Counted from the stretch's first letter, positions 36,732 to 46,339 are shown. The stretch: 64,000 nt of DNA from Eukaryota sp. TZLM1-RC (GCA_040285825.1 JAUPSS010000001.1:806001-870000); one strand, 5' to 3'. Notes: a model not told the origin generated them from the sequence alone. Numbers and translations are program-made.

Positions 36732-39605
36732 ATGCTCTCGTGTCCACATTGTTCAATGGATTTCAACGAAGAGTCTCGTGTGCCACTGGTAGTTTGCAGT
36801 CAGCGCCATAGTGTATGCGGTGTATGTTCTGATGCTGTGGAATCCTGTCCGATCTGCAATGAAGATATCCTGCCGTCACCGGAAGTCAACCTCAGTTTGC
36901 GCGATATAGCCAAAGCTTCTTGCAAGGAGGACCTCTGTGTACACATTCCCTCTAACCAGGTCAAACTTTTGCACATGATTGGACAAGGAGGATATGCACA
37001 GGTGTTTGCCGCTTCTTGGTTTGATTCAGACGTCGCCGCCAAGACTGTTGCTCTCACAGAAGAAGGTAAGAAACGACTGAGGAAAGAGATTGGTATTATG
37101 GCCAAGATTGATCATCCCTTTATCCTCCGCGTTTTTGGTCTGGTCAGCTTAATGGACAGACTCGCCATAATTATGGAACTTGCTGAAGGTTCTCTGTCAG
37201 TGCCGTCAAGATTGACTAAACAAAGTCTCTTGTTTGCCAAGAAGATCTGCCAGGCAGTCCGTTTCCTGCACTCCAAATCACTTGCACATGGAGATCTCAA
37301 GCCCGAAAACATTCTTTTTGTCAATGGGCAAATCAAATTAGCCGATTTTGGAACATCCAGGACTGTTGCCAAGACTTCCACGGCTACCAATCTATCATGT
37401 ACAGCACGGTATGCAGCCTTGGAACAGTTTGAGAACAAATTGTCTCTTGCCTCAGACATCTATGCAATTGGAATCATCCTTTGTGAGTTACTTTGTAATT
37501 ATAGGCCATTTGTCAATATGGATCAGATTGCCATAATGGGAGCTAAGTATTTTAAGACACCATTTGCTTTGGGTGAACACGTTCCCAGTGTGCTCAAAGA
37601 ATTAATCGCCCAATGTTGCTCTTCAGATCCAGCTGCCAGACCAAGTATTGCTCAAGTTCTTGTAGTTTTGGATCAATTGGATGACTTTGCTGAAGAAGGT
37701 GATGAAAATCCTGTTAGTATTAATAATGATGTTCAAACGCAACTGCAATCTGCCAACTCTACAATCGAGTCTCTACGAAAGAATGTTACTGATTTGGAGG
37801 CTTCCAGTCAACAACTCACCAACGATTTGACAGAACGGGATTCCAGAATTGCCCGGTTGGAAGAAGAAAGGGCCGGTATCAATGCCTCCAATCAACACCT
37901 CAGTCAATCTTTGGAAGAACGTGATGCTAGAATTGCCACTATGGAAGAAGCTTTAAATGCCAGCAAGGCCGGTATTGCCGAGAAAGATACAGAAAATGCC
38001 AACCTTAGATCTACCATTGATGAATTGGAAAAGCAAAATACTCTACTCAGTAGAACTAATTCTGATTTAGCAAGCAAAATTGCTGACCTTGAAGCGTTGT
38101 TGAGAGAGTGCCATTGTAATCAATCTTTGAACAATATCGATGATCATCATCCTCCATCTAAGGAAGAAATTTTGGAAGACATCAAGTCGAATGTAAATTG
38201 GAATGGATTGGGTGATGGAGTGAAGAAGGGTGTTGAGGACTTGGTTGATGGTTCCATCACTAAATTGGATCTTCAGTTCAACAACATTACCTCTGAAGGC
38301 GCTAGTGCTCTCGCCCGTGCTCTGGAGAGCAATTCCTCTCTGACTTTATTGAATCTTGAGTGCAACAACATTACCGATGAAGGCGCTAGTGCTCTCGCCC
38401 GTGCTCTGGAGAGAAATTCCACTCTGACTACATTGGTTCTTTGGAACAACAACATTACCTCTGAAGGCGCTAGTGCTCTCACCCGTGCCCTGGAGAGCAA
38501 TTCCACTCTGACTACATTGCATCTTTGGGAAAACAACATTGCCTCTGAAGGCGCTAGTGCTCTCGCCCGTGCTCTGGAGAGCAATTCCACTCTGACTAAA
38601 TTGGGTCTTCAGTACAACAACATTACCGATGAAGGCGCTAGTGCACTCGCCCGTGCTATGGAGAGAAATTCCACTCTGACTGAATTGAATCTTGTGAACA
38701 ACAACATTACCTCTGAAGGCGCTAGTGCTCTCGCCCGTGCTCTGGAGAGCAATTCCACTCTGACTAAATTGACTCTTGGGTACAACAAAATTACCGATGA
38801 AGGCGCTAGTGCTCTGGTGAACAACTCCTCTTTGACTACTTTGTATCTTAACTCCAACAACATCACCTCTGAAGGCGCTAGTGCTCTCGCCCGTGCTCTG
38901 GAGAGCAATTCCACTCTGACTGCATTGGATCTTAACTCCAACAACATTACCTCTGAAGGCGCTAGTGCTCTCGCCCGTGCTCTGGAGAGCAATTCCACTC
39001 TGACTGAATTGGATCTTCGGTGCAACAAAATTACCTCTGAAGGCGCTAGTGCTCTCGCCCGTGCCCTGGAGAGCAATTCCACTCTGACTACATTGCATCT
39101 TTGGGAAAACAACATTGCCTCTGAAGGCGCTAGTGCTCTCGCCCGTGCTCTGGAGAGCAATTCCACTCTGACTAAATTGGGTCTTCAGCAGAACAACATT
39201 ACCGATGAAGGCGCTAGTGCTCTCGCCCGTGCTCTGGAGAGCAATTCCACTCTGACTAAATTGGGTCTTGTGAACAACAACATTACCTCTGAAGGCGCTA
39301 GTGCACTCGCCCGTGCTATGGAGAGAAATTCCACTCTGACTGAATTGACTCTTGGGTACAACAAAATTACCGATGAAGGCGCTAGTGCTCTCGCCCGTGC
39401 TCTGGTGAACAACTCCTCTTTGACTACTTTGTATCTTAACTCCAACAACATCACCTCTGAAGGCGCTAGTGCTCTCGCCCATGCTCTGGAGAGCAATTCC
39501 ACTCTGACTGAATTGAATCTTGGGTACAACAAAATTAGCAATTCAACCAAATCCAAACTTCGACAAGTAGCATCTAATCGTCCTTCTCTCCGAATTTTCG
39601 TTTAA
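36732..39605 (+). CDS. RING-like zinc finger, TKL-like kinase (non-RD, HGD), coiled coil, 16 RI-like LRRs
   Basis: Intact 957-aa ORF with the same motifs as 9837..12047. AATAAA follows the stop. Confidence 0.93.
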   Translation: MLSCPHCSMDFNEESRVPLVVCSQRHSVCGVCSDAVESCPICNEDILPSPEVNLSLRDIAKASCKEDLCVHIPSNQVKLLHMIGQGGYAQVFAASWFDSDVAAKTVALTEEGKKRLRKEIGIMAKIDHPFILRVFGLVSLMDRLAIIMELAEGSLSVPSRLTKQSLLFAKKICQAVRFLHSKSLAHGDLKPENILFVNGQIKLADFGTSRTVAKTSTATNLSCTARYAALEQFENKLSLASDIYAIGIILCELLCNYRPFVNMDQIAIMGAKYFKTPFALGEHVPSVLKELIAQCCSSDPAARPSIAQVLVVLDQLDDFAEEGDENPVSINNDVQTQLQSANSTIESLRKNVTDLEASSQQLTNDLTERDSRIARLEEERAGINASNQHLSQSLEERDARIATMEEALNASKAGIAEKDTENANLRSTIDELEKQNTLLSRTNSDLASKIADLEALLRECHCNQSLNNIDDHHPPSKEEILEDIKSNVNWNGLGDGVKKGVEDLVDGSITKLDLQFNNITSEGASALARALESNSSLTLLNLECNNITDEGASALARALERNSTLTTLVLWNNNITSEGASALTRALESNSTLTTLHLWENNIASEGASALARALESNSTLTKLGLQYNNITDEGASALARAMERNSTLTELNLVNNNITSEGASALARALESNSTLTKLTLGYNKITDEGASALVNNSSLTTLYLNSNNITSEGASALARALESNSTLTALDLNSNNITSEGASALARALESNSTLTELDLRCNKITSEGASALARALESNSTLTTLHLWENNIASEGASALARALESNSTLTKLGLQQNNITDEGASALARALESNSTLTKLGLVNNNITSEGASALARAMERNSTLTELTLGYNKITDEGASALARALVNNSSLTTLYLNSNNITSEGASALAHALESNSTLTELNLGYNKISNSTKSKLRQVASNRPSLRIFV
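38250..39542 (+). repeat. 84-bp coding tandem repeat (LRR array, 16 units, one with a 12-bp in-frame deletion)
   Basis: Read directly. Unit 7 lacks ARAL near 38810. Confidence 0.95.
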
Positions 39606-39714
39606 TAAACACATTTCAATTACTTTTTCCATCAATACAAAACCAACTATAAAATCGTCCAACATCAATACAAATCAAAACCTAATACAAATTAGAAAAA
39701 ACAACCTAAACAAG

Positions 39715-39849
39715 TGCCAACATCGTAGTCCAGTGGGTTTGCTCTTCGTTCTCTGCTTTGGCAACAGGGTTCGAATCCTATCTTCTGCACTTCTGGCAAA
39801 AGGGGACCCCAAAGTGGGAGCCAGCATTTCCTTTCCCACTTTCCGGGTC
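39715..39849 (+). other. GC-rich structured element with tRNA-like Pol III A/B boxes (candidate SINE head or ncRNA)
   Basis: A-box-like TAGTCCAGTGG at 39726-39736, B box GGTTCGAATCC at 39768-39778, hairpin at 39805-39849. No complete cloverleaf. Confidence 0.4.
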
Positions 39850-39949
39850 TGACTGCATGGTGCTTGATCAATGAGGGTGATTCTGAAGATTGGGCATTTT
39901 AGGTTTTTGTGGATCTTGATTTTGCATGTTATTCGCACAAATTTCCTTT

Positions 39950-40745
39950 TGTGAGAAATTGTTACTGTGATTTTAACAACAATATTGATTTTCTACTGAA
40001 AGTCAAATCAAATCAAAACAATCTAAAGCACATTAGAAACAAAACTATTTGGGAACGCTTCTGTACAAAGCGAAAATGATACGATTTTTCCATAAATTCT
40101 CTGCAAAATTTTTCCCACTTGAACGACATAAATTACCAAAATCATTGATGAAATTCAAGGCGGATTGTCCAATGTTGCCAAAAATCGAAAAGGCAAAAGG
40201 AACAAACGAAAACTTGGAGTAAAGGTTCTTATTTAAATCATTTAATATCTCAGTATATTTATCTCTCTTACGATCTTCAGCCTTGTTTAAATGGCCATTA
40301 GTACTTAGTAAAACATCATCGCGATAAAACAAAGCAAAGGGATCAACTGTAGTGAAATCAACAACAACTTGAGAGGAATCCACAAAATTTTCATCTTTTA
40401 TACATAACTTTTTATCCAATAAAGAATAAAATAATCAAATACACAACTAAAACTCCATATCCTCAAATTGTGCCTCCTCTACCACAAAACAATCAATTAC
40501 TAAAGATTCAGAATATTTCCCAAAAAATGCAGAATGAATCAGAAATTAATTCACCATTCCCTTAAAAATAAATAATACAATCCGGTTTTGCCAGTAAACA
40601 CACTTGAAAAGTCTTCCAGTTCTTTCCTTTTCAACTACATCAAAATTCTTGACGGAGACCATTGCAGCCTTATCTAAAGACCCAAGCAAGGAAAAAACAA
40701 ATGAACATAAAATGTATTGGGCATGTGAATATTCATTGACAAAAG
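39950..40745 (-). mobile_element. Family-D + family-C RLE 3' fragments
   Basis: ORFs 40045..40419 and 40546..40758. Reverse complement of 8690..9490. Confidence 0.8.
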
Positions 40746-40803
40746 AAGTATGTTTCACGAATTAAACAATTTTGTATTTTTCGCCAGCAAGAAGAAAACT
40801 ATT

Positions 40804-41309
40804 TGATGCCGTTAGGCAGATGAACACACGAAACAAAGAGAGAATTCTGAGTTTATAAAATTAATTCATAAACTAATATCACGAAGAAATCTACTAAATC
40901 AATTTAAGTTAAACAACAACACTTTTTTCCGTTTTTTTTGAAGACATTGAGCAATACATGAACACGGCAGAAAAAGAAGTTGTCCAATTTTTACGGTGAT
41001 TTTTTTGACATCATTACACACAGTTCAAATGTACAATTGTTGGTATAAGTCGAGAAGTCGAGATGAACAGAATGACATAACATATATTATTGACATTATT
41101 AGTCTCAATAAACTAGAAGGAACCATCACATTCGCTACTCAGGAACAGCTAACCTGCATTCCAGGCTACACCGTCGGTTGTTGTTGAATTATAATTGATT
41201 TAGTAGGGTTCTTTGTGTTTCGACTGATCACGTTATACTCGATTATGAATCAGTTATTAATAAACTTAGTTTCACTCTCCTTCGTGTGTTCATCTGCATA
41301 ACGGCATTA
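40804..41309. mobile_element. Inverted-repeat element, copy 4
   Basis: Near-identical to 24276..24782. Confidence 0.6.
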
Positions 41310-41546
41310 CCTTTTCATAGACAACGCAAAACTGAGTCAAAGTATATGGTTTAATTACCTTACGTGTTTTAAAGACGTTCACAGGTGTTTGGTCATCAAA
41401 CATCTGTATATTTTTCAAATTTATCTCAACTAATACCACCCATAAAAACACCTGCAACCTCAAAGGTTTTGGAATAACAGAAAGTGAATTTATGCATTTC
41501 CAATCAGCTCAATCAAAAAATGGCACCTCAAATATGAAACATATTA

Positions 41547-41726
41547 TATGAAACAAAAATCTTGGTTGTCGATAAAGACAGTGAAAAATCTACAGAACAA
41601 GAACTCACAGATGACTTGCTCTCAATCATTTATATCTTCAATTGCAGACAAATGGGTAGACGAAGGTATAAAAGCACAAAAGGTGAGAATTTATCCATCG
41701 AGGTTACAGAAGAAAATTCTTCGTAA
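41547..41726 (+). mobile_element. IS607/Fanzor2 remnant, copy 2
   Basis: Both overlapping frames are retained (YETKILVVDKDSEKSTEQELTDDLLSII... and ...KVRIYPSRLQKKIL). Confidence 0.75.
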
Positions 41727-42204
41727 AATTACCCATAAAGGAGAATTCCATTTTGCATCCCGCTCATCTTATCACAAACAAGACATTACCCCATTGGTTG
41801 CCCTAACTTTTGAGAGACAAACAAAGGCATTGGGTAGAGTATATTTGGAAGCTGAAACTTATTCATAAATGTTTATTTCATTAATAAATTGAATTTCTAT
41901 AATTGAATATCATACAATGCTTCACTGAACTTGAATTATGTCTTTACACCCAATATCACCATTATAAATACAACTGTCTAATATCAATTTTTCCTGTCAA
42001 AGTAGTTATACCAACATCCACACAGCAGAGATAACTCTGTGATGGCGATTTGATCAATTCCTAGAGTATGTGTACCTCAAAATATCAAAACCCATTAGAA
42101 TGGTTTATGCCATTATCCTATATATATTAATGCGAGTGTGAGTGGGTGTTATATTCAATTAGTCTTTTCATAAAATAAATAACAGTGGTTTGATTGAATT
42201 CCTC

Positions 42205-42939
42205 ATGAAACTAACTGTTATAGGCCACTGGGCAGGATATCCTAAAGCTAATGACGCTACCTCTGGTTATTTGCTCCAGCACGATGGTTTCAATGTTCTT
42301 ATTGATTGTGGTAGTGGTGTATTGTCCAACATGTTGCACTTCGTTTCTTACACCGAACTGCATGCAGTTGTCATCTCCCACTACCACCATGATCATATTG
42401 CTGACGTAGGTCCACTACAATACGCTAGGCTAGTGGAAACACAGCTAGGCAAGGTGAATTCTCCACTCAAAGTATATGGCCCATCGTATGATCAGGATAC
42501 ACTGTCAAAGTTGAAGAAACCTCCATTTGTTGACACTGTTCCATATGACCCGCAAAGCCGAAAAACAATAGGTCCGTTTGAGTTGGAATTTCATGAAAAT
42601 ATCCACTCAATTAAATCATTTGCCATTAAGGCTACTTGTGGATCCAAATCAGTAGCTTATTCAGGAGACACTGCCTATCATGAGACATTGGCAGAGTTTG
42701 TGAGTGATGTAGATTTGTTCATTTGCGAGGCGAGCTTCTATCCTTGGCAAGATGCAGTGCCTCATGGACACTTAACAAGTACAGAAGCAGCGAGAATTGC
42801 TCAAAAAGCGTCAGTAAATCATCTTTTACTTACACATTTGCCTCACTTCGGAAATCTAAACGAGTTGCTTGAGGATGCTAAGAAACATTTCGAACAGAGA
42901 ACGAGTCTGGCATTCAAAGGGTGGTGTTGTGAGATATAG
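42205..42939 (+). CDS. Bacterial-type MBL-fold metallo-hydrolase, copy 2
   Basis: Intact ORF with the HxHxDH motif. Four residues differ from copy 1. Confidence 0.88.
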   Translation: MKLTVIGHWAGYPKANDATSGYLLQHDGFNVLIDCGSGVLSNMLHFVSYTELHAVVISHYHHDHIADVGPLQYARLVETQLGKVNSPLKVYGPSYDQDTLSKLKKPPFVDTVPYDPQSRKTIGPFELEFHENIHSIKSFAIKATCGSKSVAYSGDTAYHETLAEFVSDVDLFICEASFYPWQDAVPHGHLTSTEAARIAQKASVNHLLLTHLPHFGNLNELLEDAKKHFEQRTSLAFKGWCCEI

Positions 42940-43126
42940 TTGTTTTTGTGGTTTGATTCCATTGGAATGTGGAAGTGTAAAGAAAATGGTGTGCTGTTAA
43001 AGTAACTACAAGTGATTCAATCAATCAAGATGATTCAATCAATCAACATTTTGACACCATAAATTCAATAGACTTGATGACTAGACACTAGCATTAGTAG
43101 AGAAAAATTCGTTAATGAAACTTTAT

Positions 43127-46100
43127 TTATAAGTCAAGTTTGAGACAACTTTTGACAATTTTCTTCAAAATAGATTTCTTGACAAATTCAGGATCTTGGT
43201 TGACATTCCAATGCCCATATTTTCTATAACAAGAAGGGTCGTTTTTCCTATCACACTTGTCGCCAAACTTGCACTTATAAGGAATCACTGGTATAGGTTC
43301 ATGGGAAAAAGTGAAGCGATGGAGAGCATCCTTAAGACCTTCGCAACTTACCCCATGTTCACATACTTCCAGCTCAACGTGGTCAAATAGTCTGCAGTGT
43401 TCCTCGTTTTCCACATCTTTACAAAATCCTGAATATCGACATATATGTTTAAACCCCCTTAAATGCTTGGCTCCCTCGGAGGTCTTTCCCATATGATCCA
43501 CATAGTAATACTCGCAGGTATAAGGATTAGGACATTGGGGTAGTTCAGAGTTTATATTAGGAGCACTTTTAGTAATAGAGGAAGATCTTGGTTTTTGAAA
43601 CGATTTTGTGGATGTAAAATGTTGAAAAAATGTTCGATGGGATAGTGAAGCCAACTGGTTACAATTTTTAAAGGGGCAACGTGGAACATGGTGAAATTTT
43701 GAAATATGATCTCTTTCATCAACACGTTGACAGGGAAAGAGCAAATCATGACATGGAAGCATAAAATTTCGAGAATTTTGAATTAAATCGTATTTAATTA
43801 AATCTTGGCATTGTGCTAGACAATCCCCAAATCCACTCAATATAATTGAATCAAAAAACTTGTGGAAAATGGAAAGTACAAATGATAAAACAGTCATTGC
43901 ACCAGGAATAGGGTTTTTGAAAGCTCCACAACCAAGAGGGCAAATCACTAAATGAGTAATTATGTGTTTAATGGCAGCTAAAAAGACACAAGTCCATCTC
44001 TTGTATAGTAATTGCAAATCATCAAAATGAGCATAGTCTTCACCAAAGTTTTCAACTTCCTTTTTTTGTGGATTTTGAGGAGCAGCAGTACTTGTAATGG
44101 TAACTCTTTGTGGTGTTTCAAGCAATTGACATCCAGTAGCTTCCGTTGTTTTCAAAATTTCCACATTTTCGGTAACTACAACATCAATTTTAGCTGTTTT
44201 CCATGGATATGTTACCCTTTGGCCAGAAACTACCTGTCCACCATACTGTTCAGGATCCAAAGCAGCACCTAGAGTTGTTCTTCTGAAAAGTGATTCTTCT
44301 TGAGCACTGGCACCCGTGAGATAACCACCACCAGGATGTTCCTCATTAGCCATGTTGAGGACACCAACACGGTTAGTGGTAGGATCAAGGCCAATCGCAC
44401 ATTCAAGACAGTCTTTTTCCAAAAACTCGATCGGTTTAACATCATTAGTTGCAACAAAATCAAAATCATGATTAAAAAAATCGTCAAAAAAATGGACAGA
44501 ATTACATAGCAAATTACAATTCAATCTAGTAAAGGATTCACCATTCAGAGCATTACCATTGGCATTCACGACTCTCAAAGCATGAGCTAATATGATGCAC
44601 AACACAAGCCTATAACAGTTGTTGAATCTTCGTCTAAGAGAGGGAAGGTCATAGGAATTGATTAGGAAATGGATTAATTGATCATTGTAATTTTCGACTA
44701 AATTTCCATAGTAATGCAGAGCCAAATCAACATGGGCCTTTTCTTCGGCAAAAGAAACAGGATACGCAAGAGCAGGATTGAATTCCTCAACCAAAACTAA
44801 TGTAATTTCTCTATTTTTCCCTTTAATTCTACAATTAAAAATCGTACCTCTTTTTAGAACACATTCATCCTCTGTGCTGACCAGAACAACTCTTCTATCC
44901 CCAAACAAAGTGATCTTGTGCTTTGTGGAAGTGAGGCTCTGGTCAATGACGTGTTTCAGAGTTGAGAAATTTGGACAAGGAATGAAGACTAGTTCGAATA
45001 AATAGAATTCATTAAAAGAAATTCTAAAATTTTGGTTGGAAGTGTCAATTGATTGAATGATCTCTGATTGATCTTCTTTTGAAAAGACCAAATATTCGAA
45101 CAATGAAATGTCAGCCAATATTTGGTCATTTAGATAGATTGTCTGTGAATTCGGTAATAGTTGAGCCAAATTTTCGTCAATAACAGAATGATTAATTGGT
45201 GATCCATCTTCGACAACGACTGTGATCGACGTCAAGGCTAAAATTTTAGAAGTTTGATCTCTTCCCCTGCTCTTGAGCTCTACTATTTCCTTTTGCTTAT
45301 CCATTAATTTTTGTTTCAATTTTTGAATCAATTGATTGTTTTTTTCATTATTATTGACCGCCAACTGATCACTGTTAGTGGACACTTCTGAAATTTCTGC
45401 CTTTAAACCCAAAACTTCCTTTTCCAAATTTTCAATGATTTCCGATCGGTCGACTACACAATTTTTCAAAGAGTCAATGATAGCAACAAATTCTTCATTA
45501 ATTTCTTTAATTTTCCCATATTGCCCTTCTAATTCATCATGAGAGTCAGAAAGATCCTTGAAAGCTGATTTTGATTGGTTCAAGGAAACAGAAAGTGATT
45601 TAATAACTGATGAATAATTGGTAGATTTTTCGGAGAGATCACAAAAAAGATCATAAAGCTCATTGAAAGAAGTTGAAAATGTTTTGAATTCTGAACGTTG
45701 TGACTGAATGGTTTCCTCTAACTGAGTAATTTTTGACTCCAATTCAACAATTAACGTAGACTTAAATTGAATTTCTGTATTCAATTCAGCAATCAAGTCT
45801 TGATTATTCTTGATTGATTGACAATTTGATTGATTCTCGGTTGATAATTCCGAATTACTGGCTTTAAGTGACATAATCTCTGATTCCAGTGATTCTTTTT
45901 CAGACGTTAGAGATTTGATTTGAGTAGTTAATTCAGCAATTGATGAATTTAATTCTGCAAATTTAGAACTTTTCATCAATAATTCTTGATTCTTTGAATT
46001 AATTTCAGCATCTTTTTCTTTTAATAATTCAATTTTATCACCATTATCTTTTTCATTTTTCTTAATTTCTTCTTTTAATTCACTATTCAACAGACCCAAC

Positions 46101-46339
46101 TCATCTAATGCACTTGATAATTCATTATTTTTACTGTTAATTAAGGTGATTTCATCTTTTAACTCAGTAATGATTGAGTTTAACTGTTCCTTTTCCAGAA
46201 TTAATTCCTTTTCACTCTCCGAGTTACTACTAATTTTTGCTTTAATTTGATCCAATTCAAGTTCTCTTTCGGATATAACACTACCTAATTTTTCTTTTTC
46301 TAGCACAACCAAGTAATAATTTGTTTCTAATCTAACCAA
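43127..46339 (-). CDS. Coiled coil, microbial-type PARG (DUF2263-like macrodomain), six PBZ-like zinc fingers; 5' end truncated or uncertain
   Basis: VLNMANEEHPGGGYLTGASAQEESLFRRTTL (GGG-x7-QEE catalytic loop), AAP, LGCGAFKNP, and C-x5-C-x7-H-x5-H repeats. The frame continues upstream past a TAA at 46418 to 46843, where a retroelement tail cuts it. Confidence 0.8.
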   Translation of the reverse strand: MVRLETNYYLVVLEKEKLGSVISERELELDQIKAKISSNSESEKELILEKEQLNSIITELKDEITLINSKNNELSSALDELGLLNSELKEEIKKNEKDNGDKIELLKEKDAEINSKNQELLMKSSKFAELNSSIAELTTQIKSLTSEKESLESEIMSLKASNSELSTENQSNCQSIKNNQDLIAELNTEIQFKSTLIVELESKITQLEETIQSQRSEFKTFSTSFNELYDLFCDLSEKSTNYSSVIKSLSVSLNQSKSAFKDLSDSHDELEGQYGKIKEINEEFVAIIDSLKNCVVDRSEIIENLEKEVLGLKAEISEVSTNSDQLAVNNNEKNNQLIQKLKQKLMDKQKEIVELKSRGRDQTSKILALTSITVVVEDGSPINHSVIDENLAQLLPNSQTIYLNDQILADISLFEYLVFSKEDQSEIIQSIDTSNQNFRISFNEFYLFELVFIPCPNFSTLKHVIDQSLTSTKHKITLFGDRRVVLVSTEDECVLKRGTIFNCRIKGKNREITLVLVEEFNPALAYPVSFAEEKAHVDLALHYYGNLVENYNDQLIHFLINSYDLPSLRRRFNNCYRLVLCIILAHALRVVNANGNALNGESFTRLNCNLLCNSVHFFDDFFNHDFDFVATNDVKPIEFLEKDCLECAIGLDPTTNRVGVLNMANEEHPGGGYLTGASAQEESLFRRTTLGAALDPEQYGGQVVSGQRVTYPWKTAKIDVVVTENVEILKTTEATGCQLLETPQRVTITSTAAPQNPQKKEVENFGEDYAHFDDLQLLYKRWTCVFLAAIKHIITHLVICPLGCGAFKNPIPGAMTVLSFVLSIFHKFFDSIILSGFGDCLAQCQDLIKYDLIQNSRNFMLPCHDLLFPCQRVDERDHISKFHHVPRCPFKNCNQLASLSHRTFFQHFTSTKSFQKPRSSSITKSAPNINSELPQCPNPYTCEYYYVDHMGKTSEGAKHLRGFKHICRYSGFCKDVENEEHCRLFDHVELEVCEHGVSCEGLKDALHRFTFSHEPIPVIPYKCKFGDKCDRKNDPSCYRKYGHWNVNQDPEFVKKSILKKIVKSCLKLDL

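Noticed and set aside
38250-39542. CRISPR-like array of regular repeats with variable inserts
   Set aside because: The units are 84-bp in-frame LRR codons inside an intact ORF, the variable parts are only a few codons, and there are no cas genes.
38250-39542. Canonical diversity-generating retroelement
   Set aside because: No template repeat or DGR-type RT is in the window, and the RTs are non-LTR type. Many adenines in the unit, including the adjacent AAC, are invariant. Only the codon-position bias is kept as a finding.
38273-39556. Long antisense ORFs (RARARALAP and QSTGESTSAF repeats; also 9943..10533)
   Set aside because: Shadows of a tandem repeat whose unit lacks stops on the reverse strand.
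39715-39800. Bona fide tRNA gene or HDV-like ribozyme
   Set aside because: No acceptor or anticodon stem, the T-stem is only about 3 bp, and I could not fit an HDV P1/P1.1/P3 topology.
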